A stretch of 64,000 nt of DNA from Nanobdellota archaeon (GTDB lineage: Archaea; Nanobdellota; Nanobdellia; Pacearchaeales; GW2011-AR1), in NCBI GenBank assembly GCA_038046005.1, contig JBBSXB010000001.1, positions 64,001 to 128,000 of the forward strand. Reading direction: 5' to 3'. The notes under the pieces are model-generated. The model saw only the letters and a list, made by a program, of their open reading frames with translations, was not told the origin of the DNA and ran no database searches. Position numbers and translations under genes: made by a program. The stretch's first letter is position 1; the number at the start of each line of letters is the position of its first letter. Shown here one piece after another: positions 9,605 to 19,051 of this stretch.

Positions 9605-10030
9605 ATGAAAAATAAATTTTATAAAAATTGGAAAGCATCAAAGAATCCAAAAAAGCAGAGAAAATATTCAGCTAATGCTCCAATCCATTTAATAAAAAAA
9701 ATGATAAGTGTAAATCTTTCAAAGGAATTAAGGAAAAAGTATGGAAAAAGAAATGTTCCAATTAGAAAAGGCGATACTGTAAGAATCATGGTAGGGAAAT
9801 TAAGAAATAAAGAAGGGAAAGTAAGCAAGGTAAAGAGAAATGACTTGAAGGTTTATATTGAAGGTGTGCAGGTAAAAAAAAGAGATGGGTCTAAAGCAGA
9901 TATTCCCACCAGGCCTTCAAATTTAAAAATAATTGAGTTGATTTTGGATGATAAAAAAAGAATAAAGTCTATTGAAAGAAAAGCAAACATTCACAAAGAA
10001 GAAAGTAAAAACAATAAGGAGAAAAAATAA
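9605..10030 (+). CDS. rpl24: 50S ribosomal protein uL24
   Basis: PKKQRKY, LSKELRKKYG, KOW motif RKGDTVRIMVG. Confidence 0.96.
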   Translation: MKNKFYKNWKASKNPKKQRKYSANAPIHLIKKMISVNLSKELRKKYGKRNVPIRKGDTVRIMVGKLRNKEGKVSKVKRNDLKVYIEGVQVKKRDGSKADIPTRPSNLKIIELILDDKKRIKSIERKANIHKEESKNNKEKK

Positions 10031-10031
10031 A

Positions 10032-10679
10032 ATGCATTTGAAAAGACATAAGTCGCCAAAAAAATGGCCAATAAAGAGAAAGGGAACAAAGTATATAGTT
10101 AAACCAAACTTTAGCACTAACCAAGGGGTTCCAGTATTAATTGCATTAAGAGACATGTTAGAGCTTGCAAAAAACAGAAAAGAAGTAAAAAAAGCTATTC
10201 GTGAAAAACAGGTTTTGCTCAATGATAGAAAAATAAAAGACGAAAAAAATAATGTCTTACTCTTTGATGTTATATCAATAGTTCCGACAAACAAAAATTA
10301 TAAGTTGCAATTATCAAATTTCGGAAAGTTTATGTTTGAAGAAGTTAAAGACGCAAAGTGGCAGCAAAAAATAGTCAAAGTAGTAGATAAAAAAATCCTT
10401 AATGGTAAAAAAGTGCAGATTAATTTAAACGATGGCCATAATTTCTTATATAATGGCCAATTAAATATTAATGATTCTGTTGTTTTCGGCTTCAAAGAAA
10501 AAAAGATAATAAAAGTCCTTCAATTAAAAGAGAAAGCAAAAGCTATTGTTTACGCTGGAAAACACGCAGGTAAAGAAGGAGTTATTGAATCACTAGACAA
10601 TAATAAAAAAATGATTGAATTAGATGTGGGTGGCAGCAAAATTAATGTTTTAATTAAACAGATTATGGTGGTAGAATAA
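10032..10679 (+). CDS. rps4e: 30S ribosomal protein eS4
   Basis: Start MHLKRHKSPKKWPIKRK at 10032; QINLNDGHN; AGKHAG. Confidence 0.95.
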   Translation: MHLKRHKSPKKWPIKRKGTKYIVKPNFSTNQGVPVLIALRDMLELAKNRKEVKKAIREKQVLLNDRKIKDEKNNVLLFDVISIVPTNKNYKLQLSNFGKFMFEEVKDAKWQQKIVKVVDKKILNGKKVQINLNDGHNFLYNGQLNINDSVVFGFKEKKIIKVLQLKEKAKAIVYAGKHAGKEGVIESLDNNKKMIELDVGGSKINVLIKQIMVVE

Positions 10680-10680
10680 A

Positions 10681-11190
10681 ATGACTAATAAAAAAGAAAA
10701 TATTATGAGAGAAATAAAAATAGAAAAAGTTGTCTTTAATGTCGGAGGAATGGGAGAAACCTTAGAAAAGGGTTTTAGGTTATTAAAATTCCTAACAGAA
10801 AAAAATCCTGCCAGGATGAAATCAAATAAAAGAATTCCAACTTGGGATATAAGGCCTAATTTGGCTGTTGGGGCAGTAGTAACTGTAAGAAAAGACTTGG
10901 ATAAAATTTTGAAAAGAATGCTTACTACAATTGATAACACCTTAAAAAGAAAGCAGATTAGCGAGAATAATTTTTCTTTTGGAATAAAAGAATATATCGA
11001 AATTCCAGGAGTGGAATATCAAAGAGATATTGGGATTATGGGATTGGACGTCACTGTTGTTTTTAAAAGAGCTGGTAGAAGAGTTGGGATAAAAAAAATC
11101 AAAAAAGGAAAAATTCCGAAAAAACAAACCATATCTAAAGAGGAAATAATTAAATTTATGGAAGAAAAATTCCAGACACAATTTATTTAA
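10681..11190 (+). CDS. rpl5: 50S ribosomal protein uL5
   Basis: MREIKIEKVVFNVG, FSFGIKEYIEIPG, GIMGLDV. Confidence 0.97.
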   Translation: MTNKKENIMREIKIEKVVFNVGGMGETLEKGFRLLKFLTEKNPARMKSNKRIPTWDIRPNLAVGAVVTVRKDLDKILKRMLTTIDNTLKRKQISENNFSFGIKEYIEIPGVEYQRDIGIMGLDVTVVFKRAGRRVGIKKIKKGKIPKKQTISKEEIIKFMEEKFQTQFI

Positions 11191-11243
11191 AATGAAGTTA
11201 AATACAAAATTTTTAATCAAAGTAAATAAGGAGATAAATTTAA

Positions 11244-11474
11244 ATGACAGCAAGTGATTGGAAAAAAATACTCAAACAATTAAAAAATAAGCCAGCAGTA
11301 ATGGAGAAATTTATTAAGCACTGCAAACCTAAAGAAAGAAAAACGGGTATAGCTTCAAGAAAGTGTGAGAGATGTGGAAGGTTTGGAGCACATATAGGTT
11401 CTTACGGTTTGAATTTGTGCAGACATTGCTTCAGAGAAATTGCTCAAGAAATAGGCTTTACAAAATATTCATAG
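11244..11474 (+). CDS. rps14: 30S ribosomal protein uS14 (zinc type)
   Basis: CERCG...LCRHCFRE. Confidence 0.96.
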   Translation: MTASDWKKILKQLKNKPAVMEKFIKHCKPKERKTGIASRKCERCGRFGAHIGSYGLNLCRHCFREIAQEIGFTKYS

Positions 11475-11481
11475 GAGAAAA

Positions 11482-11862
11482 ATGAGTCACGATATTGTTG
11501 CAGATGCACTAAACATGATAAATAATTCCCATAAGGCGGGAAAAGAAAATGTAAAGGTAAAGATAATTTCAAATCTTTTAATCGAAGTTCTAAAGATAAT
11601 GAAGAAGAAAGGAGCTATAAAGAAATACAAAATCGAAAGTAAAGAAAAGTCTCTAGAAGTTTCTATAGGTGATTTAACAGAATGCAAAGCAGTAAAACCA
11701 AGATTTACCGTTAACAGAGATCAATTAGAAAAATACAGAAGAAGATACCTCCCATCAAGAGATATGGGGACATTAATAGTCTCAACTAATAAAGGCCTTA
11801 TGACGCACGAAGAGGCTGAAGAAGAGAAAATAGGAGGTTGCATAATAGCATTCTTTTATTAA
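11482..11862 (+). CDS. rps8: 30S ribosomal protein uS8
   Basis: DIVADAL, IVSTNKGLMTH, IGG. Confidence 0.97.
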   Translation: MSHDIVADALNMINNSHKAGKENVKVKIISNLLIEVLKIMKKKGAIKKYKIESKEKSLEVSIGDLTECKAVKPRFTVNRDQLEKYRRRYLPSRDMGTLIVSTNKGLMTHEEAEEEKIGGCIIAFFY

Positions 11863-11863
11863 A

Positions 11864-12406
11864 ATGAAAAAAGAAATATTCAAAGAAATGGTTATTCCTG
11901 AGGGAGTTAATGCAAAGGTAGATGGAAATGTACTAAATATCAGTGGTAAAAATGGAGAGATTACAAGAAAAATGAATTTAAATAAATTAGAGTTCAAAAT
12001 TTTTGATGGAAAAATTATTATTGGAAGAAAAAAGGCAACAAAAAACGAGAAGAAAATAATTAATACAATGGCAGCACATATAAAAAATATGATTGATGGA
12101 GTGCAGAAAAAATTTGAGTATCAATTGAAAATATGCTTTAGTCACTTTCCATTCACTGTAGAAACAAAAGGTAATGAAGTGTTAATAAAGAACTTTCTTG
12201 GAGAAAAAGTCCCTAGAAAAGTAAATATGCTAAAAGATGTTGAAATAAAAATAGACAAACAGAATATTACAATAAAGTCTGCAGATAAGGAATTAGCGGG
12301 ACAAGCAGCAGCTAACCTTGAAGAGGTTACAAAGGTTAAAAACAGAGACAGAAGAGTGTTTCAAGATGGCATTTATATAACAAGCAAAGCTGGGAGAGAA
12401 ATATAA
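11864..12406 (+). CDS. rpl6: 50S ribosomal protein uL6
   Basis: HFPF, NFLGEK, DRRVFQDGIYI. Confidence 0.97.
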   Translation: MKKEIFKEMVIPEGVNAKVDGNVLNISGKNGEITRKMNLNKLEFKIFDGKIIIGRKKATKNEKKIINTMAAHIKNMIDGVQKKFEYQLKICFSHFPFTVETKGNEVLIKNFLGEKVPRKVNMLKDVEIKIDKQNITIKSADKELAGQAAANLEEVTKVKNRDRRVFQDGIYITSKAGREI

Positions 12407-12780
12407 TGACAAAATTTTTAAGAAGAAATTCTGATAAGTTTTCAAAGCTAGGATTAAGGAAAAAGAAAAAGCAAGTGTGGAGAAGCCCTAAGGGAAGACA
12501 TAACAAAATGAGGAAAAAAAGGAAAGGGTATCCTGCAGTTGTTAGTATTGGCTACGCAACAAATAGAAAAACAAGAGGAAAGATTGATAACAAAAATCAA
12601 ATTGAGGTTAATAATATCAAAGAATTGGCCGGATTAAAAAATAATGATATTGTCTTGATTGGAAAAATTGGAAAAAGGAAAAAGATAGAAATAGTAAAAA
12701 AGCTTAAAGAAATGAAAATTTCTGTTTCCAACCTCAATATAAACAAATTCCTAAAGAAGAATATGGGGGAGAAAAAATGA
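12406..12780 (+). CDS. rpl32e: 50S ribosomal protein eL32
   Basis: KFLR...WRSPKGRHNKMR...VSIGY. Confidence 0.94.
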   Translation: MTKFLRRNSDKFSKLGLRKKKKQVWRSPKGRHNKMRKKRKGYPAVVSIGYATNRKTRGKIDNKNQIEVNNIKELAGLKNNDIVLIGKIGKRKKIEIVKKLKEMKISVSNLNINKFLKKNMGEKK

Positions 12781-13181
12781 ACTTAAAAAAGAAAAAAGCA
12801 TTGGCTGCAAAAACTCTTGGAGTTGGAAAGGGAAGAATCGTTTTCTTAGTGCCAAGATTAGATGAAATAAAGGAAGCAATAACAAAACAAGATATGAGAG
12901 ATCTTCATAAAGAGGGAGCAATACTAATAAAAACAATAAAAGGAAGAAAAACAAAAAAGAAAAGCGGAAGAAGAGGTTATGGGAAAGTGAAAATAATTGT
13001 TAACACAAGGAAAAAAGATTATATTGTACTAACTAGAAAATTCAGAGGAATGGTTAAAGATCTCTTGAATAAAGGAATAATTTCAAAAGAAAACTCTTTA
13101 GAATTGAGGAAAAAAATAAAGAATAAGCAGTTTAAAAGTAAATCGCATTTTAATGAACAATTAAAAGTAAAGGAGTATTAA
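12777..13181 (+). CDS. rpl19e: 50S ribosomal protein eL19
   Basis: MNLKKKKALAAKTLGVGKGRI...EAITKQDMR. Confidence 0.94.
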   Translation: MNLKKKKALAAKTLGVGKGRIVFLVPRLDEIKEAITKQDMRDLHKEGAILIKTIKGRKTKKKSGRRGYGKVKIIVNTRKKDYIVLTRKFRGMVKDLLNKGIISKENSLELRKKIKNKQFKSKSHFNEQLKVKEY

Positions 13182-13655
13182 ATGGAAAAAGAAAAAGCAC
13201 TAAAAGATTTTGAAGAAGGGTTCGGCAGATTAAAGCAAGAACTTAAGTTTAAAACTAATTTGGATGAAATTGATGAAATTTTCTTTATTAGAGATGTTAT
13301 ACTTCAAGATGGATTTGTAAGCAAAAATTTATTCAGGCAAATGGCCTACAGGATTGCAGAATTTTATCTAAGATGGAATGATTATTTGCATGGTTTAATA
13401 ATGCCAAACCCTCAAAATATTTTAAGTTTAAGCGAAAGTAAGATTTTTAACCAAGAAGAGAAAAAGATTATAACAAACATGATAAAAAAGATAATGGAAT
13501 TGAACAGCAAGAATATTCTTATAACTTTGACTAGGGATAAAGCAGAAGAAGGGAAGTTTATTGATTACAGTGTTAATATGTGGAAAAGTGAATTACAACC
13601 AGAGATAATAAAATTAATTAAAAAAATAAATAAAGAATGGGGAGAAAACAAATGA
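13182..13655 (+). CDS. hypothetical helical protein inserted between rpl19e and rpl18
   Basis: 157-aa ORF abutting the rpl19e stop, with ATGA overlap to rpl18. Confidence 0.75.
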   Translation: MEKEKALKDFEEGFGRLKQELKFKTNLDEIDEIFFIRDVILQDGFVSKNLFRQMAYRIAEFYLRWNDYLHGLIMPNPQNILSLSESKIFNQEEKKIITNMIKKIMELNSKNILITLTRDKAEEGKFIDYSVNMWKSELQPEIIKLIKKINKEWGENK

Positions 13656-14137
13656 GAATCCAGAAGAAAAGAAGAAAAGAATTCAAAACAAACTATTTGA
13701 AAAGACTAGAAATGCTCAAAAGCGGAATACCAAGAGTTGTCTTTAGAAAAACAAACAGATATTTGATTTCACAATATGTTGAAAGTAAAGAAGCACAAGA
13801 CAAAATAATATTTGGAATTGATTCAAGAAAAATTTTAAATTACGGCTGGCCAAAAAATCTAGAAGGAAGTTTAAAGGGCGTTACTGCTGCTTATTTTTTA
13901 GGATTATTGACTGGAAAAAAGATTATCAAAGACAAACTTAAAACACCAATAATTGATTTTGGGCTTTATAGAGTATTACCTAAGACCAAACTGCATTCTT
14001 TTGTTAAGGGAATGATTGATGCTGGAGTTAAGATTAAAGACAAAAAAGAAAATTTTCCGGAGGAAGATAGGGAAAAGGGGAAACATATAACAAGTCTTAA
14101 ATTTGAAGAGATTAAATCAAAAATAGAAAAATCGTAA
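13652..14137 (+). CDS. rpl18: 50S ribosomal protein uL18
   Basis: KTNYLKRL, RVVFRKTNRY, AAYFLGLL; probable ATG at 13652. Confidence 0.95.
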   Translation: MRIQKKRRKEFKTNYLKRLEMLKSGIPRVVFRKTNRYLISQYVESKEAQDKIIFGIDSRKILNYGWPKNLEGSLKGVTAAYFLGLLTGKKIIKDKLKTPIIDFGLYRVLPKTKLHSFVKGMIDAGVKIKDKKENFPEEDREKGKHITSLKFEEIKSKIEKS

Positions 14138-14138
14138 G

Positions 14139-14987
14139 ATGAAAAAAACAGATAAAAAACAAGTATTTGAAGATGTAAAGAAAACTGTAGAGGCCTATGG
14201 GGCATTTTCAGAAGAAGAAGCAATCAAGAGTGCAAAAAATCCAGAGGAGATTACTGTAAAGTTGATTGATGAAGACATCAAGGATAAAAAAGTTGAAGAG
14301 ATAATTGAAGAGACAGAAAAAAAGGTTATTGGAGAAAAGATTAGAGAAGAAATTGCTGGATGGAGACCAAAGACAAAGCTTGGAAGAGAAACAAGAGAGG
14401 GAAAAATAAAAAATATAGACGAAATATTAGAAAATAATAGAAAAATATTGGAAGAAGAAATTGTTGATTATCTGCTTGGTTTAAAGTCCGACTTAATTTC
14501 TATTGGACAATCAAAGGGAAAGTTTGGTGGAGGAAAAAGAAGGGCTTGGAGACAAACACAAAGAAAGACCGAAGAAGGTAATGTGCCAACTTTTTCCACA
14601 ATGGCTGTTGTTGGAGACGAAAATGGGCATGTTGGAGTTGGAATGGGGGAAGCAAAAGAAACTCTTCCTGCAAGAGACAAAGCAATAAGAAAGGCTAAGC
14701 TTAACATCATGAAAGTCGGGAGAGGGTGCTCGGCATTTGACTGTAATTGCAACGAACTCCACACTATTCCATTTAAAGTTGAGGGAAAAACTGGAAGTGT
14801 GAGAATTATTTTAATTCCGGCTCCACAGGGCACTGGTTTAGTTGTGGGAAAAGAAATAAAGAAGGTTTTAAAATTAGCTGGAATTAAAGACGTTTATAGC
14901 AAAACTTTTGGACAAAAAAGAACCTCATTCAATCTTGTCAAAGCGTGTGTTAATGCTCTTGAAAAAACAATGGTGAAGAAAAAATGA
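14139..14987 (+). CDS. rps5: 30S ribosomal protein uS5 with acidic N-terminal extension
   Basis: WRPKTKLGR, VVGDENGHVG, PAPQGTGLV. Confidence 0.97.
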   Translation: MKKTDKKQVFEDVKKTVEAYGAFSEEEAIKSAKNPEEITVKLIDEDIKDKKVEEIIEETEKKVIGEKIREEIAGWRPKTKLGRETREGKIKNIDEILENNRKILEEEIVDYLLGLKSDLISIGQSKGKFGGGKRRAWRQTQRKTEEGNVPTFSTMAVVGDENGHVGVGMGEAKETLPARDKAIRKAKLNIMKVGRGCSAFDCNCNELHTIPFKVEGKTGSVRIILIPAPQGTGLVVGKEIKKVLKLAGIKDVYSKTFGQKRTSFNLVKACVNALEKTMVKKK

Positions 14988-15040
14988 AAGCAAATCAAAG
15001 ATTTTCATTCATTCGAAATTATAGGAGATTATTCAAATGA
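14984..15040 (+). other. intergenic hairpin/mini-ORF element (18 codons, MKANQRFSFIRNYRRLFK)
   Basis: ATGA overlaps with both the rps5 stop and the rpl30 start; similar elements at 11192, 53447 and 54524. Confidence 0.55.
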
Positions 15041-15459
15041 TTGTAGCAATAAGAATCAAAGGAGATGTAAACATAGACCCTAGAATAAAGGAAACACTTT
15101 ACAGAATCAGGCTTAGAAGAAAATATTCTTGTGTGGTCATTAAACCAGATCCCGTTAGCCTAGGGGTCATAAAAAAACTAACAAGTTTTATTGCATATGG
15201 AGAGATAAATGAAGAAACTTTGCACAATTTAATTGAAAAGCGAGGAAAACCGATTGACAAAAAAAAGAAAATAGATGTAAAAAAAGTTGTTGAAGAAATT
15301 AAAAAAGGGAAAAAATTTGAAGATTTAAACTTGAAACCATTTTTCAGGCTTCATCCTCCAAGAGGAGGAATAGACAGTGGAAAACACTTTGGAGTCAAAA
15401 AAGGAGTTTTGGGAAATAACAGAGAACATATTAATAAATTAATAGAGAGAATGTTGTAA
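15037..15459 (+). CDS. rpl30: 50S ribosomal protein uL30
   Basis: IRIKG, FRLHPPRGG, INKLIERML. Confidence 0.96.
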   Translation: MIVAIRIKGDVNIDPRIKETLYRIRLRRKYSCVVIKPDPVSLGVIKKLTSFIAYGEINEETLHNLIEKRGKPIDKKKKIDVKKVVEEIKKGKKFEDLNLKPFFRLHPPRGGIDSGKHFGVKKGVLGNNREHINKLIERML

Positions 15460-15460
15460 T

Positions 15461-15925
15461 ATGAAAACAAAAAAACGTAAAAAGTCGTCAAGAATGCACG
15501 GCAGAGGAATGGGCAGCAATGGAAGAGGATTTAGAAAGAAAGGAAAGGGTAAGGGTCATCGAGGAGGAAAAGGGATGGCTGGAACAGGAAAAAGAGCTGA
15601 CCAAAAAAAAACTCTCGTACAAAAGCTTTATGGTCACGAATATTTCGGAAAACAAGGAATAACGAGCAGAGGAACAAGAAGAGATAAAAGAAAGAAAATA
15701 AATTTGAGGGACATATCAAATAACCTGAATAAATATGGGAAGAAAAGCGGAGATAAATGGGAGATAAATTTAAGCGAATACAAAATACTTGGTGAAGGGG
15801 AAGTCACTCACAAACTTGTAATCAAGGCAAAAGAAGCTTCACAATCTGCAATTGAAAAAGTTGAAAATGCTGGCGGTTCTATAATCCTTTCCGGAAAAAA
15901 AGAAAAGATTGAAAAAGAAGGGTGA
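15461..15925 (+). CDS. rpl15: 50S ribosomal protein uL15
   Basis: GHRGGKGMAG, YKILGEG, SAIEKVENAGG. Confidence 0.96.
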   Translation: MKTKKRKKSSRMHGRGMGSNGRGFRKKGKGKGHRGGKGMAGTGKRADQKKTLVQKLYGHEYFGKQGITSRGTRRDKRKKINLRDISNNLNKYGKKSGDKWEINLSEYKILGEGEVTHKLVIKAKEASQSAIEKVENAGGSIILSGKKEKIEKEG

Positions 15926-15943
15926 ATTTAAGAGTGGATTAAA

Positions 15944-17377
15944 ATGAACTTTAAGCAGATATTTAATTACATACCTGAGGTGAAAAAACCTGAGGAAAAA
16001 AAGCTCAGCTTTAATGTGAAGCTTAAGTGGACTCTTATTATTCTTGCAGCTTTTTTCGTTTTGGCAAATATTTCTCTTTTTGGATTAAGCCAAAATTCAC
16101 TTTCCAGGTTTGAATATCTTGCAATAATTCTTGGAACAGATTTTGGAAGCATAATATCGTTAGGAATAGGTCCGATAGTTATGGCTTCGATTATTTTGCA
16201 ATTATTAGCTGGGTCGGGAATTTTGAATATTGACCAGACTACAGAAGAAGGGAAAAAATTTTTCCAAGGAATACAAACACTTATGGTGTTTTTCTTCATA
16301 ATATTCGAGGCATTAATATACGTAATAATGCAAGGTCTTCAGGCGGCGCCAGGACTGACGGAAGTCGTTATATTTCAACTGATTCTTGGAGGATTAGCTA
16401 TATTCTATATGGATCAGGTGACCACAAAATGGGGATTTGGAAGCGGAGTTAGTTTGTTTATTGCTGCAGGAGTCTCATGGAGGCTTATGACTGGAGGATT
16501 TCAGTTCATAAATCAGCAAGGAAGAAATTGTCTTTTAGATTTCAACAACACTCCTTGTGCGGGAAAAGTTCTTGTTTTACTCCAATCAATTGTAAATAGA
16601 GCCCCTATTGAGTTGACATCTGCTTTATCTGCAATACTTGCTACTATAGCAATAACATTGCTTGTTGTCTGGGCTCAATCTCTTAAAGTTGAAATTCCAC
16701 TCTCGTTTGGCAGAATAAGAGGATATACTGTAAAATGGCCTCTTGCATTCTTTTACGCATCAAATATTCCAGTAATTCTTACAGCTGCCTTGGTTGCAAA
16801 TATGCAGCTCTTTGGGGGGTTAATTGAAAACGCTGCTACAAGCTGTGCTCAAGGAACTTGTTCTGCGTTAGCAGGTTTTGCGTCACATTTAACATTTTTA
16901 GGAACTTTCATTAATGGACAACCGGTGTCAGGATTAGCATTTTGGGTCGGCTCAAATAATATTTTAGACTTAATAATCAGAGGCGGACTTTTACCTAGAT
17001 ACTTGCTTCAAGGACTTACACATATAGTGTTTTTTATGGGTTTATCAATGATATTCTCTGTTTTTTGGGTTAAAACATCTGGGATGGACGCAAAGGCCCA
17101 AGCACATAAAATTTCTGCTTCAGGATTACAAGTTTCTGGTTTCAGACAGGATGAAAGAATTCTTGAATCTATATTGTCTAGGTATATAATGCCTTTAACT
17201 GTGATGGGGGGAGCTGCTGTCGGACTCTTAGCTGCAACAACAGATTTGCTTGGGGCTTTAGTTTCAGGAACAGCAATATTATTAGTCGTAATGATAATGT
17301 TCCAGTTCTATCAGAGCATTGCGCAGCAACATCAGACAGACATGAATCCTGCAATAAGAAAATTCATGGGTAGCTAA
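15944..17377 (+). CDS. secY: preprotein translocase subunit SecY
   Basis: LGIGPIVMASIILQLL, WGFGSGVSLFI, YASNIPVIL, SGTAILL. Confidence 0.98.
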   Translation: MNFKQIFNYIPEVKKPEEKKLSFNVKLKWTLIILAAFFVLANISLFGLSQNSLSRFEYLAIILGTDFGSIISLGIGPIVMASIILQLLAGSGILNIDQTTEEGKKFFQGIQTLMVFFFIIFEALIYVIMQGLQAAPGLTEVVIFQLILGGLAIFYMDQVTTKWGFGSGVSLFIAAGVSWRLMTGGFQFINQQGRNCLLDFNNTPCAGKVLVLLQSIVNRAPIELTSALSAILATIAITLLVVWAQSLKVEIPLSFGRIRGYTVKWPLAFFYASNIPVILTAALVANMQLFGGLIENAATSCAQGTCSALAGFASHLTFLGTFINGQPVSGLAFWVGSNNILDLIIRGGLLPRYLLQGLTHIVFFMGLSMIFSVFWVKTSGMDAKAQAHKISASGLQVSGFRQDERILESILSRYIMPLTVMGGAAVGLLAATTDLLGALVSGTAILLVVMIMFQFYQSIAQQHQTDMNPAIRKFMGS

Positions 17378-17451
17378 GCTTTAAAAAAGAGATTCTCTTA
17401 ACACTAAAATGAACAAAATAAAAAAGGGAGTAAATTCCTTTTCTAAATAAA

Positions 17452-17988
17452 ATGAATAAAGAAGGAAGTTTCAAACCTGTAGTCATAGTATTGGTGATTT
17501 CTATGCTCATCGCTTTTTTTTGGAATAGTTTGACTTTTCTTAAAGATGGAGTGCATGCAGTCTTAAACCCCACTCTTGGTGCTTTGATAAATTGGAATGT
17601 TAACATTGGAATGTCAATTGTAGTTTTGTTGATAACTGTTGTCACAACTGTGGTTCAAAAGTATACAACAGATCAAGAAGCCTTAAAAGATTTGAAAAAG
17701 CAGCAAAAAGAAATGAATGAAAAGGCCAAACAGCACAGAAGCGACCCGCAAAAAATGCTCGAGATACAGAAAGAAATGGCTCCTTTAAGCATAAAGATGA
17801 TGAAGCTTAGCATGAGGGCATTTGTATTTACCGCAATTCCTTTGCTTTTGTTCATCAGATGGTTTGTGGACTTCTTCACAAGCATAGGAAATCCAAAGAT
17901 ATTCGGATTTTTCAGCTGGCTTTGGTTTTACATATTGTTCAGCCTTATTGTAAGTGCAATCCTTAGAAAGATTATGAAAATTGTCTAA
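17452..17988 (+). CDS. DUF106 / EMC3-TMCO1 (Oxa1 superfamily) membrane protein
   Basis: TM, coiled coil (TDQEALKDLKKQQKE), TM, then WLWFYILFS; usual position after secY. Confidence 0.88.
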   Translation: MNKEGSFKPVVIVLVISMLIAFFWNSLTFLKDGVHAVLNPTLGALINWNVNIGMSIVVLLITVVTTVVQKYTTDQEALKDLKKQQKEMNEKAKQHRSDPQKMLEIQKEMAPLSIKMMKLSMRAFVFTAIPLLLFIRWFVDFFTSIGNPKIFGFFSWLWFYILFSLIVSAILRKIMKIV

Positions 17989-18016
17989 GGGACTTTGTTT
18001 ACAAAGTGATTTCTGT

Positions 18017-18772
18017 TTAAAAAGTTGCTAGATAATTTTCATATTGGATTTTTATTAATTTGTAACCATACTTTTTAAAAAATTGAATTACTTCTTTATA
18101 ACAATTGTCATTTATCTCAATAATCACATTTTTTATTCTTTTTTTTGAGAAAAGATTTATTCCACCCTTTAAAATATTAAATTCTGAACCATCAACATCT
18201 ATTTTAATCAAATCAATTTCCTTATTCTTAAAAAGATTATCCAATGTGTCTGTTTTAACTATTTCGAATCCCTCACGTAGCCAATTATTAAACTTCTCTC
18301 TGCCTTTTCTGTTGCTTAATCCTACCCTAATTGGATAAACATTCTTGAGATTATTTAGGGATATGTTTTTATTCAATGTAATAAAATTCTTCTTATCAAC
18401 TTCTATCGGAAACACCTCTGCATTAGGATTAACTTTACTAGCAAGAATAGTATATTTTCCTATATGTGCCCCCACATCTACAATAACTTTACTTTTCTTT
18501 GCAATTTTTTCAAAAACTTTTCCAGTTTCAAACTCATAAGAACCTGAAACAATATGCAGGTCAAGGCATTTCTCCTTGCATAAAAATAAACCATAACCAT
18601 TGTCTATTATTGTGGGTTTCATTAAAGTGTCTCCCATTGAAAATCTATCTTTCTTAAGAATCAACTTTTCAATTAGCCTACAAAACAAATATTTTAACTT
18701 TTCTTTTTGAACCGAAACATTATCTAAGAAACTGTTGCCCTTTAATTTAATAAATGATTGTAATTTGTTCAT
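18017..18772 (-). CDS. FkbM-family SAM methyltransferase
   Basis: VDVGAHIGKYT, TLDNL, LIKIDVDGSE. Confidence 0.88.
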   Translation of the reverse strand: MNKLQSFIKLKGNSFLDNVSVQKEKLKYLFCRLIEKLILKKDRFSMGDTLMKPTIIDNGYGLFLCKEKCLDLHIVSGSYEFETGKVFEKIAKKSKVIVDVGAHIGKYTILASKVNPNAEVFPIEVDKKNFITLNKNISLNNLKNVYPIRVGLSNRKGREKFNNWLREGFEIVKTDTLDNLFKNKEIDLIKIDVDGSEFNILKGGINLFSKKRIKNVIIEINDNCYKEVIQFFKKYGYKLIKIQYENYLATF

Positions 18773-18832
18773 CTTTTCTATATGCATAATTGTGCAGAAG
18801 TGATATTTAAAATTATCGGTATAATTAAACCT

Positions 18833-19051
18833 ATGTCAAGAGATAGTATTTTGGACATTACGGAAAAAATATTAAAAAGGCTCTCTAACAAGAAAGAGCA
18901 TACAATAAACAATATTTCAAATGAATTAAAGATTCAATGGAGAACTTCTGTTAAAGTTTTGGAATTTCTTGAAAGGATAGGTTTAGCTAAAGAAAGAAGG
19001 GGTAAAATAACTTACAAACAAGAGAGGTTGTTTAGTATTAGGAAGAAATAG
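18833..19051 (+). CDS. small winged-HTH protein
   Basis: TINNISNELKIQWRTSVKVLEFLERIGL pattern; probable ATG at 18833. Confidence 0.7.
   Translation: MSRDSILDITEKILKRLSNKKEHTINNISNELKIQWRTSVKVLEFLERIGLAKERRGKITYKQERLFSIRKK

Noticed and set aside
3711-17885. Many Phe/Leu/Ser-rich minus-strand ORFs over the ribosomal operon (and similar ones elsewhere)
   Set aside because: Antisense shadows of Lys/Glu-rich genes with no recognisable motifs.
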